A stretch of DNA of 51,811 nucleotides from an uncultured Syntrophaceae bacterium (GCA_903893135.1 CAITLA010000273.1:1-51811), one strand, 5' to 3'; positions 28,554 to 37,454 are shown, numbered from the stretch's first letter. Translations and numbers: made by a program. The notes: generated by a model from the letters alone, not told the origin.

Positions 28554-29727
28554 GGTCATACACGTTATCACCCGCTTCGATAAGGGCGGAGCTGCTGAAA
28601 ATACCTTTCTGACTGTAACTGGCCTCGACAAAAACAGATATGAGGTCATCCTGATCAGAGGCCTTTCACATGAATCCAATATGGGGCCCTCAGAAACCAG
28701 AGCTGTAGAAAGTAGCCTGGAAGAAGCCGGCAAGAACGGGGTTAGAATATTAACGTTTCCCGAACTCGTGAGAAGAATAGATCCATTTAATGATTTTAAG
28801 ACCATTCTCAAGTTAATAAGAATTTTCAGAGAGGAGCGGCCGCATATCGTCCACACTCACACATCCAAGGCAGGCATCCTTGGCAGATGGGCGGCTCGCC
28901 TGACAGCAGTTCCCATAATCATTCATACACCCCACGGGCATGTGTTCTGGGGCTATTTCAGCAAATGGAAAGCGGCAGTATACATTTTATTGGAAAGACT
29001 GACGGCAATCATTACAGATAGAATCATTATACTGACGGAACAAGAAAAGAAGGATCATCTCCGGTACCATATCGCTGATGGAAACAAATTTACAGTCATT
29101 CATAGTGGCGTTGACCTGAGCAAATTTACTGACACTCGAGTAAATGTCGCCGAAATGAAGAACAAATTGGGGATAGCACAAGAGGCATTTGTCGTCGGAA
29201 CAGTCGGCAGACTGACTCCCGTCAAGGGACATAAATATCTAATCGAGGCAGCAGCAAAGATTCTTCGTAAAATACCTGAGATAGTTTTCGTATTTTTAGG
29301 TGACGGCGAACTCATGAATGAACTGAAAACGCAGGCCGCATCAGCAGGTATTAGCAACAAAGTGACATTCTTAGGCTGGGTTCCGAATGTCGCGGAATTT
29401 ATGTCCACCTTTGATATTTTCGTTCTTCCCTCCCTGAACGAAGGAATGGGAAAAGTTCTTGTAGAGGCGATGGCCATTGGCAAACCGATCATCGCCAGTG
29501 ACGTCGGAGGCATTTCAGATCTCGTCACTGACGGCAAGAACGGATTGCTCGTCCCTCCCATGAATTCAGATGCCCTTGCCAACGGTATCGAAGCGCTTCT
29601 TGAAAATTCCCAGACGAGAATGAATATGTGTGAAGAAGGAATGAAGTTCTCGCAAGAATACGATGTGAACTCAATGGTAAGTAAAATAGATTGCTTATAC
29701 CTTCAATTACTCTCATTGAAACACTGA
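28540..29727 (+). CDS. Glycosyltransferase family 4
   Basis: The start is probably the ATG at 28540 (MGNIKVIHVITRFDKGGAAENT), overlapping the asnB end. EX7E region PSLNEGMGKVLVEAMAIGKP. Confidence 0.9.
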   Translation: MGNIKVIHVITRFDKGGAAENTFLTVTGLDKNRYEVILIRGLSHESNMGPSETRAVESSLEEAGKNGVRILTFPELVRRIDPFNDFKTILKLIRIFREERPHIVHTHTSKAGILGRWAARLTAVPIIIHTPHGHVFWGYFSKWKAAVYILLERLTAIITDRIIILTEQEKKDHLRYHIADGNKFTVIHSGVDLSKFTDTRVNVAEMKNKLGIAQEAFVVGTVGRLTPVKGHKYLIEAAAKILRKIPEIVFVFLGDGELMNELKTQAASAGISNKVTFLGWVPNVAEFMSTFDIFVLPSLNEGMGKVLVEAMAIGKPIIASDVGGISDLVTDGKNGLLVPPMNSDALANGIEALLENSQTRMNMCEEGMKFSQEYDVNSMVSKIDCLYLQLLSLKH

Positions 29728-29760
29728 CCGAGTCTTTATTTTCGATTCTGTGTTCATAAT

Positions 29761-31074
29761 ATGACAAACAAAAGACTGATTCTGGCAATTTTCCTGGCAG
29801 GAGCTTTGTGGAGGGTTTTTCTCTTCGTCGGGTTGTGCAACTACGACGATTTCGCTTATACCAACATAGCACTGGATATGCTTGACGGGCGATTTCATTT
29901 CCTGACGGCGGACAATCGCTATGCGTGGCGTTTCCTTCTCACGGCACCTACGGCTTTGGCATTTTTGTTCTGTGGTGCGCGGGAGTGGTCGGCCATATTC
30001 TTTCCTTTCTTTTGCTCTTTGGGAAACATCATCGTTGTGTGGCTGATCGGCCGCGAGCTCTTCAACGAAAATGTGGGTCTTCTCGCGGCGGCGCTGGCTG
30101 CCGTTTTCCCCAACAGTGTCGTCTACGGCACCATGCTGTTCCCCGAGGAGATCCTGTCATTCTTTGCCGGTATGGCTTTTCTTTTTTTTCTTTGGACAGA
30201 ATCAGAACGAATAAAACCTGTGCACGGTTATTTACTGGCCGGTGTTTTCATTGCCTTTGCCTTTGCCGCCCGCGAGACTGGCGCTTTTCTGATGCCTCTT
30301 TTTTTTCTAATGAGCAAAAGAAAAAAGTCGCTTCCTATTTCATTACTATTCCTGCCCATGATAGTCTATTTCTCAGTCGAAATGATAGTAAGTTTGTGGG
30401 CGACGGGTGATCCCTTGCACCATTATTCCCAACTGCAGCAAACCTTTCAAATTCTATTTGCTGAGCATCAACAAACTTACGCCGCAGATACCTATATTGT
30501 GAGCCTCTTCGGCGGAAATTTATATGGATTGGCCCACTTTGGGCTTTATTACCCGTTTTTTGTTTTGTCCGTTTTTTATCTGACATTGAAAAAGAAAATC
30601 GCGCCAGCCAAGCCACTCCTCCTCTGGATGGCCGTTTATTTTCTCTATTATCAATTCGGAAGTACCAGCATAACCCATTATGTGCCCCTCGCTAAGGTGC
30701 TACGATTCATTTCTATTTTGACGATGCCCCTTCTTTTGATTTTATCGTACTCTTTTCTTGAGATTTATGCCGCCGGGCGATGGAGAAAAGCCGTTTTCGT
30801 CGTGATTTTGGCCGTTATTATGGCAACGTCCCTGATTGGTGCAGTTAAAGCGTCTGCGAAACATAGGCAATATTTTCAAGAAGAAGGTGGCGTGGAGAAA
30901 TATTACCGGATCGTTAACGATATTGAAACCAAACGGCCGAGACGTGTTATAACGGCCGCACGCATCGAAAAATATCGGTTAAGTTACTTCTGGGCCGCTT
31001 CACACGGAAGGGAAACACGACCGGAAATTGCCTACGCCGGTGAGCGGTCCGCACTGCAGAATGGCCGTGAGTAA
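29761..31074 (+). CDS. GT-C fold membrane glycosyltransferase (ArnT/PMT-like)
   Basis: 437 aa, multi-TM. First-loop motif CNYDDFAYTNIALDMLDG. Confidence 0.7.
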   Translation: MTNKRLILAIFLAGALWRVFLFVGLCNYDDFAYTNIALDMLDGRFHFLTADNRYAWRFLLTAPTALAFLFCGAREWSAIFFPFFCSLGNIIVVWLIGRELFNENVGLLAAALAAVFPNSVVYGTMLFPEEILSFFAGMAFLFFLWTESERIKPVHGYLLAGVFIAFAFAARETGAFLMPLFFLMSKRKKSLPISLLFLPMIVYFSVEMIVSLWATGDPLHHYSQLQQTFQILFAEHQQTYAADTYIVSLFGGNLYGLAHFGLYYPFFVLSVFYLTLKKKIAPAKPLLLWMAVYFLYYQFGSTSITHYVPLAKVLRFISILTMPLLLILSYSFLEIYAAGRWRKAVFVVILAVIMATSLIGAVKASAKHRQYFQEEGGVEKYYRIVNDIETKRPRRVITAARIEKYRLSYFWAASHGRETRPEIAYAGERSALQNGRE

Positions 31075-31101
31075 TGCTCCTGCGATGGAGAGTAGGCAGC
31101 G

Positions 31102-31130
31102 TTGACTTTGTCGACCTTCTTTGATATCGT
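31102..31130 (+). promoter_or_regulatory. Candidate sigma-70 promoter (TTGACT-17 nt-TATCGT)
   Basis: The hexamers were read directly in the 110-bp gap upstream of the GT2 gene. There is no other support. Confidence 0.25.
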
Positions 31131-31184
31131 TCGCAGCATATCATCGCTTGTTCGAAACACCTTATAAATTAAATAGGTATATAT

Positions 31185-31874
31185 ATGAAACTTTCGGTTG
31201 TGATTCCTTGTTATAATGAAGCCGGCACCATCGAACAAATTATTGACGCTGTTCTGCGTTCTCGTTATCCCGATAAAGAAATCATTATCGTAGATGACTT
31301 TTCCACCGATGGGACGAGAGCAATCCTCAAAGACAGGATAGAAGCAAAGGTCAGCCGGATCATCTACCAACCCTCTAACAAGGGGAAGGGTGCTGCGTTG
31401 AGAGAAGGGATTCGCGAAGCGACAGGAGACATCGTGATCATTCAGGATGCTGACCTAGAATATGATCCTTCTGAATATCCCAAAGTAATCCAGCCCATCG
31501 TTGAAGACAAAGCTGATGTAGTCTACGGTTCCCGCTTTGCGGGGGGTGAACCCCATCGCGTTGTCTATTTCTGGCACCAGATAGGTAACAGCCTGATCAC
31601 CCTCATTTCCAACATGTTCACCAACCTCACTTTTACAGATATTGAAACATGCATGAAGGCCTTCCGGCGAGAGCTTATCCAGTCGATCACAATTGAAGAA
31701 GATCGTTTTGGGGTCGAACCGGAAATCACGGCCAAGATAGCGAAAATCAGATGCCGGATCTATGAAGTAGGTATCTCCTATTATGGCAGAACCTATAATG
31801 AGGGGAAAAAGATCACTTGGAAAGATGGTTTTCGGGCACTATACTGCATCGTCAAATATAATGTCTTGAGATGA
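31185..31874 (+). CDS. GT2 polyprenyl-phosphate sugar synthase (Dpm1/ArnC/GtrB-like)
   Basis: [27 protein letters not shown] and QDADLEYDP, at 229 aa. These are typical of dolichyl/undecaprenyl-phosphate glycosyltransferases. Confidence 0.88.
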   Translation: MKLSVVIPCYNEAGTIEQIIDAVLRSRYPDKEIIIVDDFSTDGTRAILKDRIEAKVSRIIYQPSNKGKGAALREGIREATGDIVIIQDADLEYDPSEYPKVIQPIVEDKADVVYGSRFAGGEPHRVVYFWHQIGNSLITLISNMFTNLTFTDIETCMKAFRRELIQSITIEEDRFGVEPEITAKIAKIRCRIYEVGISYYGRTYNEGKKITWKDGFRALYCIVKYNVLR

Positions 31875-32455
31875 AAGAACCCTTTCTGGAACCCATCCTG
31901 CGAAGAATGAGGGTAAAAATAGTGCTACCGACGATTCAACGGTATCCTGATTGCCAGCTTCTGGATGTCGGCTGCGGGTGGGATTACCGCTTGCTGAAAA
32001 CAGTAGAGCCCTTTATTGGCAGAGGCGTCGGCATAGATTTTAAGGTCCAGGAGATGGAAAGCACGAAAATAAAAACGGTACGGATGCGCATGACAGATCA
32101 ACTGCCCTTTGAATCAGAGTCATTCGACATCGTCACCATGCTGGCTGTTCTTGAACACCTCTCAGATCCGCTTCGTATGATGTCTGAAACGGAGCGGGTT
32201 TTAAAGAAAGAAGGTCGACTCGTGCTGACCGTTCCCAGTAAGATTGCCAAACCGGTGCTGGAATTCCTGGCTTATCGCCTCCATATCGTCAGTGAGGTTG
32301 AGATGAAAGACCATAAGCAATATTTCAATCACAATGATCTGAGGAAACTTTTATGTCAATCCGGAATGACCATAGAGCAACACCGATATTTCCAGATGGG
32401 CATGAACAATTATTGTGTTGCCATGAAGAAAACCCCAACGGACCGCAAACTATGA
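31871..32455 (+). CDS. Class I SAM-dependent methyltransferase (type 11-like)
   Basis: ATGA overlap with the GT2 stop. [11 protein letters not shown] and [13 protein letters not shown]. Confidence 0.85.
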   Translation: MKEPFLEPILRRMRVKIVLPTIQRYPDCQLLDVGCGWDYRLLKTVEPFIGRGVGIDFKVQEMESTKIKTVRMRMTDQLPFESESFDIVTMLAVLEHLSDPLRMMSETERVLKKEGRLVLTVPSKIAKPVLEFLAYRLHIVSEVEMKDHKQYFNHNDLRKLLCQSGMTIEQHRYFQMGMNNYCVAMKKTPTDRKL

Positions 32456-32470
32456 AAAGTAATAAAAGAC

Positions 32471-33865
32471 TTGAGATTCCTATTTATTAATCCCAACCGG
32501 TATATTGCAAGAGACAACATATGGGGTGTGGTCAACTCCATCACCCCCCCTTTAGGGCTTGCCATCTTAGCTGCCGTTCTTGAAACAAATGGCCACGAAG
32601 CGGAAATCGTGGATGCATACGCCGAGAATTTTTCCTCTGAGCAAATCGTCTTCGCAATAACTCCAGATACGGAGGTGATCGGCATTACATCAACTACGCC
32701 AGAGGTCGACAGCGCCATCGCACTCGCACACACAATCCGAAACCGCTATCCTGATAAAAAAATCCTCATGGGCGGTGTTCATCCGACCATTTTTCATAAG
32801 CGCCTCGTTGAGGACAATGTCTGCGATATGGTGATCCGGGGTGAGGCTGAAAAAGCGATCCTCCGCCTTGCCGAGCAGCAACCGATGAAGGATATTCCGA
32901 ATCTGACCTGGAAAGCGGAGGATGGGGAAGTTGTCGTCAATCCGGAAGCGGATGAATTTGTGCAGTTGGATGATCTTCCCATGCCCGCCTATCATAAGCT
33001 TCCCATGGGGAAATACCGCTCCGCAATTGGTGCGGCCATTCGACATCCCTCCGTTGGCATGATCACCTCACGGGGATGCCCGGGAAAATGTACGTTCTGC
33101 TACTCTGGCATGTTCGGCCGAAAAACTCGTTTCCTCTCTGCGTTTAATGTTTATCAACAGATTTTATTTCTGAAATCCCGCTATGGAATCCGGGAAATCT
33201 CCTTTTACGACGATACTTTTACCGCAAATAAGAAACGGGTTGAACAGTTATGCAATCTGCTGCTTTCCAATCGGCTGGATGTTTCCTGGTCATGTTTCGC
33301 CCGGGTCGATACGGTTAAGCCCGAGATTCTCAAACTAATGAAAAAGGCAGGTTGCCATCAGATCATGTACGGTTTCGAAACGATAGACGAGAATGTACTG
33401 AAAGCGGTGAACAAACGCGTTAAGACATCACAATATGCCGACGTGGTTGCCTGGACAAGAAATGCAAACATAGATATTCGTGGCGCATTCATGCTCGGCA
33501 GTCCGGAGGAAACGGAAGACAGCATGAGGGCAACCATCGAATATTCAAAAAAAATCGGCATTCAGTATGCCATCTTCAATATCACAACGCCTTTTCCTGG
33601 AACGGCGCTATTTGCCTGGGCTGAGGAAAATGGATTCCTCAGGCATACGCGCTGGCAGGAATACGACTTATCTCATGCCATTCTGAATCTTCCGACTGTC
33701 TCGCCGGAAGCCGTGGAGGTCTCTTATAGAGCTGCCTACAAGGAGTTCTATTTTAGAGGCTCCTACATTCTGTCACATCTGTTGTCGTTGAAAACATGGG
33801 ACAGCGTAAGGATACATGTCGAAGCAGCCAGAAACATTTTCATGAACATCGTGAGGGGTCAATAA
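32471..33865 (+). CDS. B12-binding-domain radical SAM enzyme (class B)
   Basis: TTG start. N-terminal Rossmann-like B12-binding region (FINPN...LGLAILAAVLE..GHE..IVDA). The radical SAM cluster motif is RGCPGKCTFC (CX3CX2C). Confidence 0.88.
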   Translation: MRFLFINPNRYIARDNIWGVVNSITPPLGLAILAAVLETNGHEAEIVDAYAENFSSEQIVFAITPDTEVIGITSTTPEVDSAIALAHTIRNRYPDKKILMGGVHPTIFHKRLVEDNVCDMVIRGEAEKAILRLAEQQPMKDIPNLTWKAEDGEVVVNPEADEFVQLDDLPMPAYHKLPMGKYRSAIGAAIRHPSVGMITSRGCPGKCTFCYSGMFGRKTRFLSAFNVYQQILFLKSRYGIREISFYDDTFTANKKRVEQLCNLLLSNRLDVSWSCFARVDTVKPEILKLMKKAGCHQIMYGFETIDENVLKAVNKRVKTSQYADVVAWTRNANIDIRGAFMLGSPEETEDSMRATIEYSKKIGIQYAIFNITTPFPGTALFAWAEENGFLRHTRWQEYDLSHAILNLPTVSPEAVEVSYRAAYKEFYFRGSYILSHLLSLKTWDSVRIHVEAARNIFMNIVRGQ

Positions 33866-33944
33866 TATGGTTGGTACGATATATGCGATCACATGGTGCA
33901 GGTTTCCCTTCAAAGACGGTTGTGGGTTATGAACTTTGGGCTAA

Positions 33945-34028
33945 ATGCTAACTCAAAAAATAAAATGGAAAGGTGGCTTCAGAGCCATTTATTGCATAAT
34001 TAAATATGCGTTATTTAAAGCAAAATAG
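33945..34028 (+). pseudogene. Remnant of the 3' end of a second Dpm1-like GT2 gene
   Basis: The 27-codon ORF MLTQKIKWKGGFRAIYCIIKYALFKAK* parallels the C-terminus of the 31185-31874 product ([23 protein letters not shown]). Confidence 0.45.
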
Positions 34029-34224
34029 GATGGAAACCATATAATTAGTATTGGGCAAATCACGAAAGAGAAGGTCGAAAGCATGAAAATTGAGACACTC
34101 AAAAAAATGCCTACAATTTATAACCTAACCGTCGAAAAACCCAAGCTGTTAGCTCACATATTTCTCCTTGGCATGTGTGCATTGATCCAGTATTCCTTGT
34201 GACCTGCCCCGTTGTATAAAGAGG

Positions 34225-35556
34225 ATGTTTAAAGTGCCGGTGTCCCGGAATAGTTTGATATTCGAAATGAAGGGAAAACTTCGCGCATTTGTCCCTATTG
34301 TTATTATTTCGGCGGGGATTTTGTTCTATTTTTACTACGGAATATATAAGATGCTTTGGGTCCATGTCGATTTGATCGGGGGAGATTTTATTAAAGGCTA
34401 TTGCGCGGCAACCAATTTCCTGAATAACCGCTCTATTTATGACATGCCCAGCTGGTGGCACCTGTATTCCGGCAACCCAGTCACTTTTTTGTTCATGCCT
34501 TTTTCGACGATGCCACCAGCTGCGGCCAAGATGTTATGGTTTGCATTCTGCCACGTTCTTGCAGGAGTCTCTTTTTTGGTAATTTACAGGTACGGCAGCC
34601 GGAATAACAGCAGGGTTTCCTTGGTATCCGCTTGCGCGGTTATGCTGTTTTCAATGCCGCTTTACGGGATGTTTCTTACGGGAAATATTGTTATACTAAT
34701 CTTTTTCGGGCTCTCTCTCGTATATGCGGGTCTGATCTCCGGCAGGAAAAAGTTTATTCCGGCATCCATTGCTTTTTTTACAGCCGTCAAATTATGTCCT
34801 GCTGTTATGATGGGGGTGTTTGCCAGAAGAAGGGATTATCCCTCTGTCGTTTCTTTTGTCCTTGTGACCGCGGCTATATATGTCCTTTCATTCGCCGTTT
34901 TCGGGATGGAGGACAGCCGAAGATATATTCAGCAGCTGCAGTCGGCGGACAGATTTGTCGGCGTTTTCTCCGCCATATCGCTTACTTTTTTTCTGAAACT
35001 TTTCTGGCCTGAAGCTCTTTCAGGCTGGCCTCTTTTTTTCGTTAACCTCGCGTTCCTGACGGTTTTAACCGCGCTTTGGTGGCGTATTTCAGGGACCGGT
35101 TCCGGAGGCTGCAGCGAGCCTGGGTCGCAGGTTACAGACCTTTTTGCGTTGACGGTCATAATGGTGCTTGTCTTTCCGTCATCATGGTTGTTTTACGAGG
35201 CATTGCTTATAATGCCGTTTTATTTTGTTATTTTTGCCATGATCGAGGGGAGACGTGAATTTAAATATCCCGCCGCCTTCATTCTATTATTCCTTTTTAT
35301 GAATTTTTGGGAGATAATGTATTATCATTTGCCCCTTTCGGTTGATTATCTTACAATGCGACAGGTGGAGATTGAAAAGAGCATGTATCCCGTTCTCTAC
35401 CCGCTGATATTTTCCACGCATTTTTTAGGAAGCCTGGCTCTTTTCGGGTGGATATTGTTGAATTACAACGAGCTCGTGAATACTATTTTGCGCATATGCG
35501 CGGCCGATAGACATGCGTCGGAACGGGAGCTGTTTCTCCCAAGGGAAGGATACTGA
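34225..35556 (+). CDS. GT-C fold membrane protein, DUF2029 / GT87 (PimE-like mannosyltransferase) family
   Basis: 443 aa, multi-TM. The first loop GGDFIKGYCAATNFLNNRSIYD is typical of DUF2029 proteins. The start is uncertain. Confidence 0.6.
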   Translation: MFKVPVSRNSLIFEMKGKLRAFVPIVIISAGILFYFYYGIYKMLWVHVDLIGGDFIKGYCAATNFLNNRSIYDMPSWWHLYSGNPVTFLFMPFSTMPPAAAKMLWFAFCHVLAGVSFLVIYRYGSRNNSRVSLVSACAVMLFSMPLYGMFLTGNIVILIFFGLSLVYAGLISGRKKFIPASIAFFTAVKLCPAVMMGVFARRRDYPSVVSFVLVTAAIYVLSFAVFGMEDSRRYIQQLQSADRFVGVFSAISLTFFLKLFWPEALSGWPLFFVNLAFLTVLTALWWRISGTGSGGCSEPGSQVTDLFALTVIMVLVFPSSWLFYEALLIMPFYFVIFAMIEGRREFKYPAAFILLFLFMNFWEIMYYHLPLSVDYLTMRQVEIEKSMYPVLYPLIFSTHFLGSLALFGWILLNYNELVNTILRICAADRHASERELFLPREGY

Positions 35557-35752
35557 TGAACGATTCAAAACCGCCCACATTGCCGGAAAAAGCGGGGCCT
35601 GGCCAGCCCGGGTCAGGTTGGTTTCCATTTTCTTGAAGCTCATATGTCCTCCGTATCAATGAATTTTGAAAGAAATATGGCATAAAATGGACGATTGTCG
35701 GACAATATCAGTATGTTATCTTTGAATAACTCAATATTTCACAGGAGAATTT

Positions 35753-37252
35753 GTGTATCAATATGAAAAATGTGGAGAAGTTGTGCAAAGGTCTCAATAT
35801 AAGAATGAAGATGACTTTTTTAAAAAAATAATCCCATCCATCTCTATCATCCTTCTTTTTTTCGTTTTTTACATCACTGAATCTTACGGGACAGACTACC
35901 AACAAATTGCGGGGCTGATGGATCTCCGCACGACGTTCAGTGACGGCGCCTATGACATGGAGCAGCTTGTGCTCCTGGCGAAGAATAAGGGCTTCAGCGT
36001 CGTTTTCATCAATGACCACGACAGGGTTGCCATGGAGTATGGCCTGCCCCCTCTCCGGAACCTCATCAGAAAAAAGGTCGAGATGAACTCCATCAACAGT
36101 GGCGGCGCTGATAAATTCCTTCAAGCAATAAAGGATGTCCGGCAGAAGTATCCCGATATGATCATTGTCCCAGGCTCCGAGACGGCCCCTTTTTATTACT
36201 GGACGGGAAGCCCACTGAAAGGTAACCTTACCGCACACGACCATGAGAGGCGTCTTTTAACCGTTGGAATGGAGAGTCCGGATGATTATGAAAACCTCCC
36301 GATCCTCCATAACAATCTGTACATGAATTATTTCACGAAAGCTCTGCCGGAAGTTGTCCTGTTTTCTTTTTCCCTCATTGCATCTCTTCTTCTGTTTCGA
36401 TGGAGGGGATTGTTACGTGTCTCCGGCATTATTATTTTTATTCTATCCATAGCTTTTATTATAAACAGCAATCCTTTCAGGAGTTCTCCTTTCGATCCTT
36501 ACCATGGTGATCAGAAGATGGCGCCTTATCAGCTCGTGATCGATTACGTGAATTCAAGAGGGGGGATGACCTTCTGGAATTACCCCGAAACAGGCACCGG
36601 CGTCAGGGAAATGGGATCGATTCATGTGAGCACCCTCCCCTACCCCTATGTTCTGACAGAATCAAAGGATTATACAGGATTCGCTGCCCTCTATGGCGAT
36701 AATATTACGTTGACGGAACCAGGAAACATCTGGGATACGGCTCTGAAAGAGTATTCTTTAGGCTACAGAGATCGGCCTCCCTGGGGAATCGCCACGGCAG
36801 ATTTTCATCAGGAAGGGGAAGGTGGAGAGCGGTTGGGAACCTACCAGACCGTCTTTTTTGTCAAGGATAAGAAGAAAGACGCCGTCTTGAAGGCGCTAAG
36901 AAATGGTAGGATGTACGCATCTCAGGTCAATTACCCGCAGGTTTTGAAGCTCGAAGACTTTTCTGTCTCATCAGCAGACGATCAGATTAGAGGTATTTCA
37001 GGGGATGAGATCGCACTGAAAGAGTATCCAAGGGTGAGAATGTCTATTTCGACTTCTGTCCCTTCATCTGATAAAGTGAAGATACGCTTGATAAGGTCGG
37101 GGGAGATGATTTATCTTTTCGAGGAAAAACTGCCCCTGATAATCGATTATGTTGACCCGTACTATAAGCCGGGCGAAAGGATATATTACAGGATGGATTT
37201 ACACGGGACCGGTACGATCGTCTCCAATCCCGTCTTTGTGAAGTTTGAATAG
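35753..37252 (+). CDS. Membrane-associated PHP-domain-like protein with degenerate metal-binding motif
   Basis: GTG start 5 nt after AGGAG. DLRTTFSDGAYDMEQLVLLAKNKGFSVVFINDHD follows the PHP pattern DLHxHTxxSDG...IAITDHD, but HxH is replaced by RTT. There is an N-terminal signal anchor and an internal pair of TM helices. Confidence 0.5.
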   Translation: MYQYEKCGEVVQRSQYKNEDDFFKKIIPSISIILLFFVFYITESYGTDYQQIAGLMDLRTTFSDGAYDMEQLVLLAKNKGFSVVFINDHDRVAMEYGLPPLRNLIRKKVEMNSINSGGADKFLQAIKDVRQKYPDMIIVPGSETAPFYYWTGSPLKGNLTAHDHERRLLTVGMESPDDYENLPILHNNLYMNYFTKALPEVVLFSFSLIASLLLFRWRGLLRVSGIIIFILSIAFIINSNPFRSSPFDPYHGDQKMAPYQLVIDYVNSRGGMTFWNYPETGTGVREMGSIHVSTLPYPYVLTESKDYTGFAALYGDNITLTEPGNIWDTALKEYSLGYRDRPPWGIATADFHQEGEGGERLGTYQTVFFVKDKKKDAVLKALRNGRMYASQVNYPQVLKLEDFSVSSADDQIRGISGDEIALKEYPRVRMSISTSVPSSDKVKIRLIRSGEMIYLFEEKLPLIIDYVDPYYKPGERIYYRMDLHGTGTIVSNPVFVKFE

Positions 37253-37271
37253 GCGAAAGTTGTTACATTGT

Positions 37272-37434
37272 GTCATTGCGAGTGAACGGAGTGAGCGTGG
37301 CAATCTTTCTTTAAAGTTTTTGCACGACTCCTCTATTTGTCATTCCGGGCTTGACCCGGAATCCAGGCGCTGTCCTCGCGCAAGCGGGGAACCATTAAAT
37401 TAATGCTAGACTCCCGCCTCCGCGGGAGTGACAC
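37272..37434. repeat. Composite intergenic hairpin-repeat block
   Basis: Three units: GTCATTGCGAGTGAACGGAGTGAGCGTGGCAATC; CTCTATTTGTCATTCCGGGCTTGACCCGGAATCC...; and GACTCCCGCCTCCGCGGGAGTGACAC (37409-37434). The last unit is identical to 47020-47045. Confidence 0.8.
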
Positions 37435-37454
37435 CTTAAAGATTATTATTTGAA

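Noticed and set aside
29100-29582. Long antisense or out-of-frame ORFs overlapping well-supported genes. Examples: 29100-29582(-), 35708-36244(-), 42693-43082(-), 26462-26878(-), 50763-51539(+), 22319-22696(+), 29925-30410(+), 34632-35012(+).
   Set aside because: Each lies entirely within, or mostly within, a gene with clear family motifs on the other strand or frame. Their products are low-complexity or Arg/Ser/Cys-rich with no motifs, which is typical of shadow ORFs.
30178-30310. Two T8 homopolymer tracts inside the GT-C gene 29761-31074, considered as phase-variation switches.
   Set aside because: Eight residues is short for efficient slipped-strand switching. The tracts simply encode Phe-rich TM segments (FLFFLW, LFFLMS), and nothing indicates variability.
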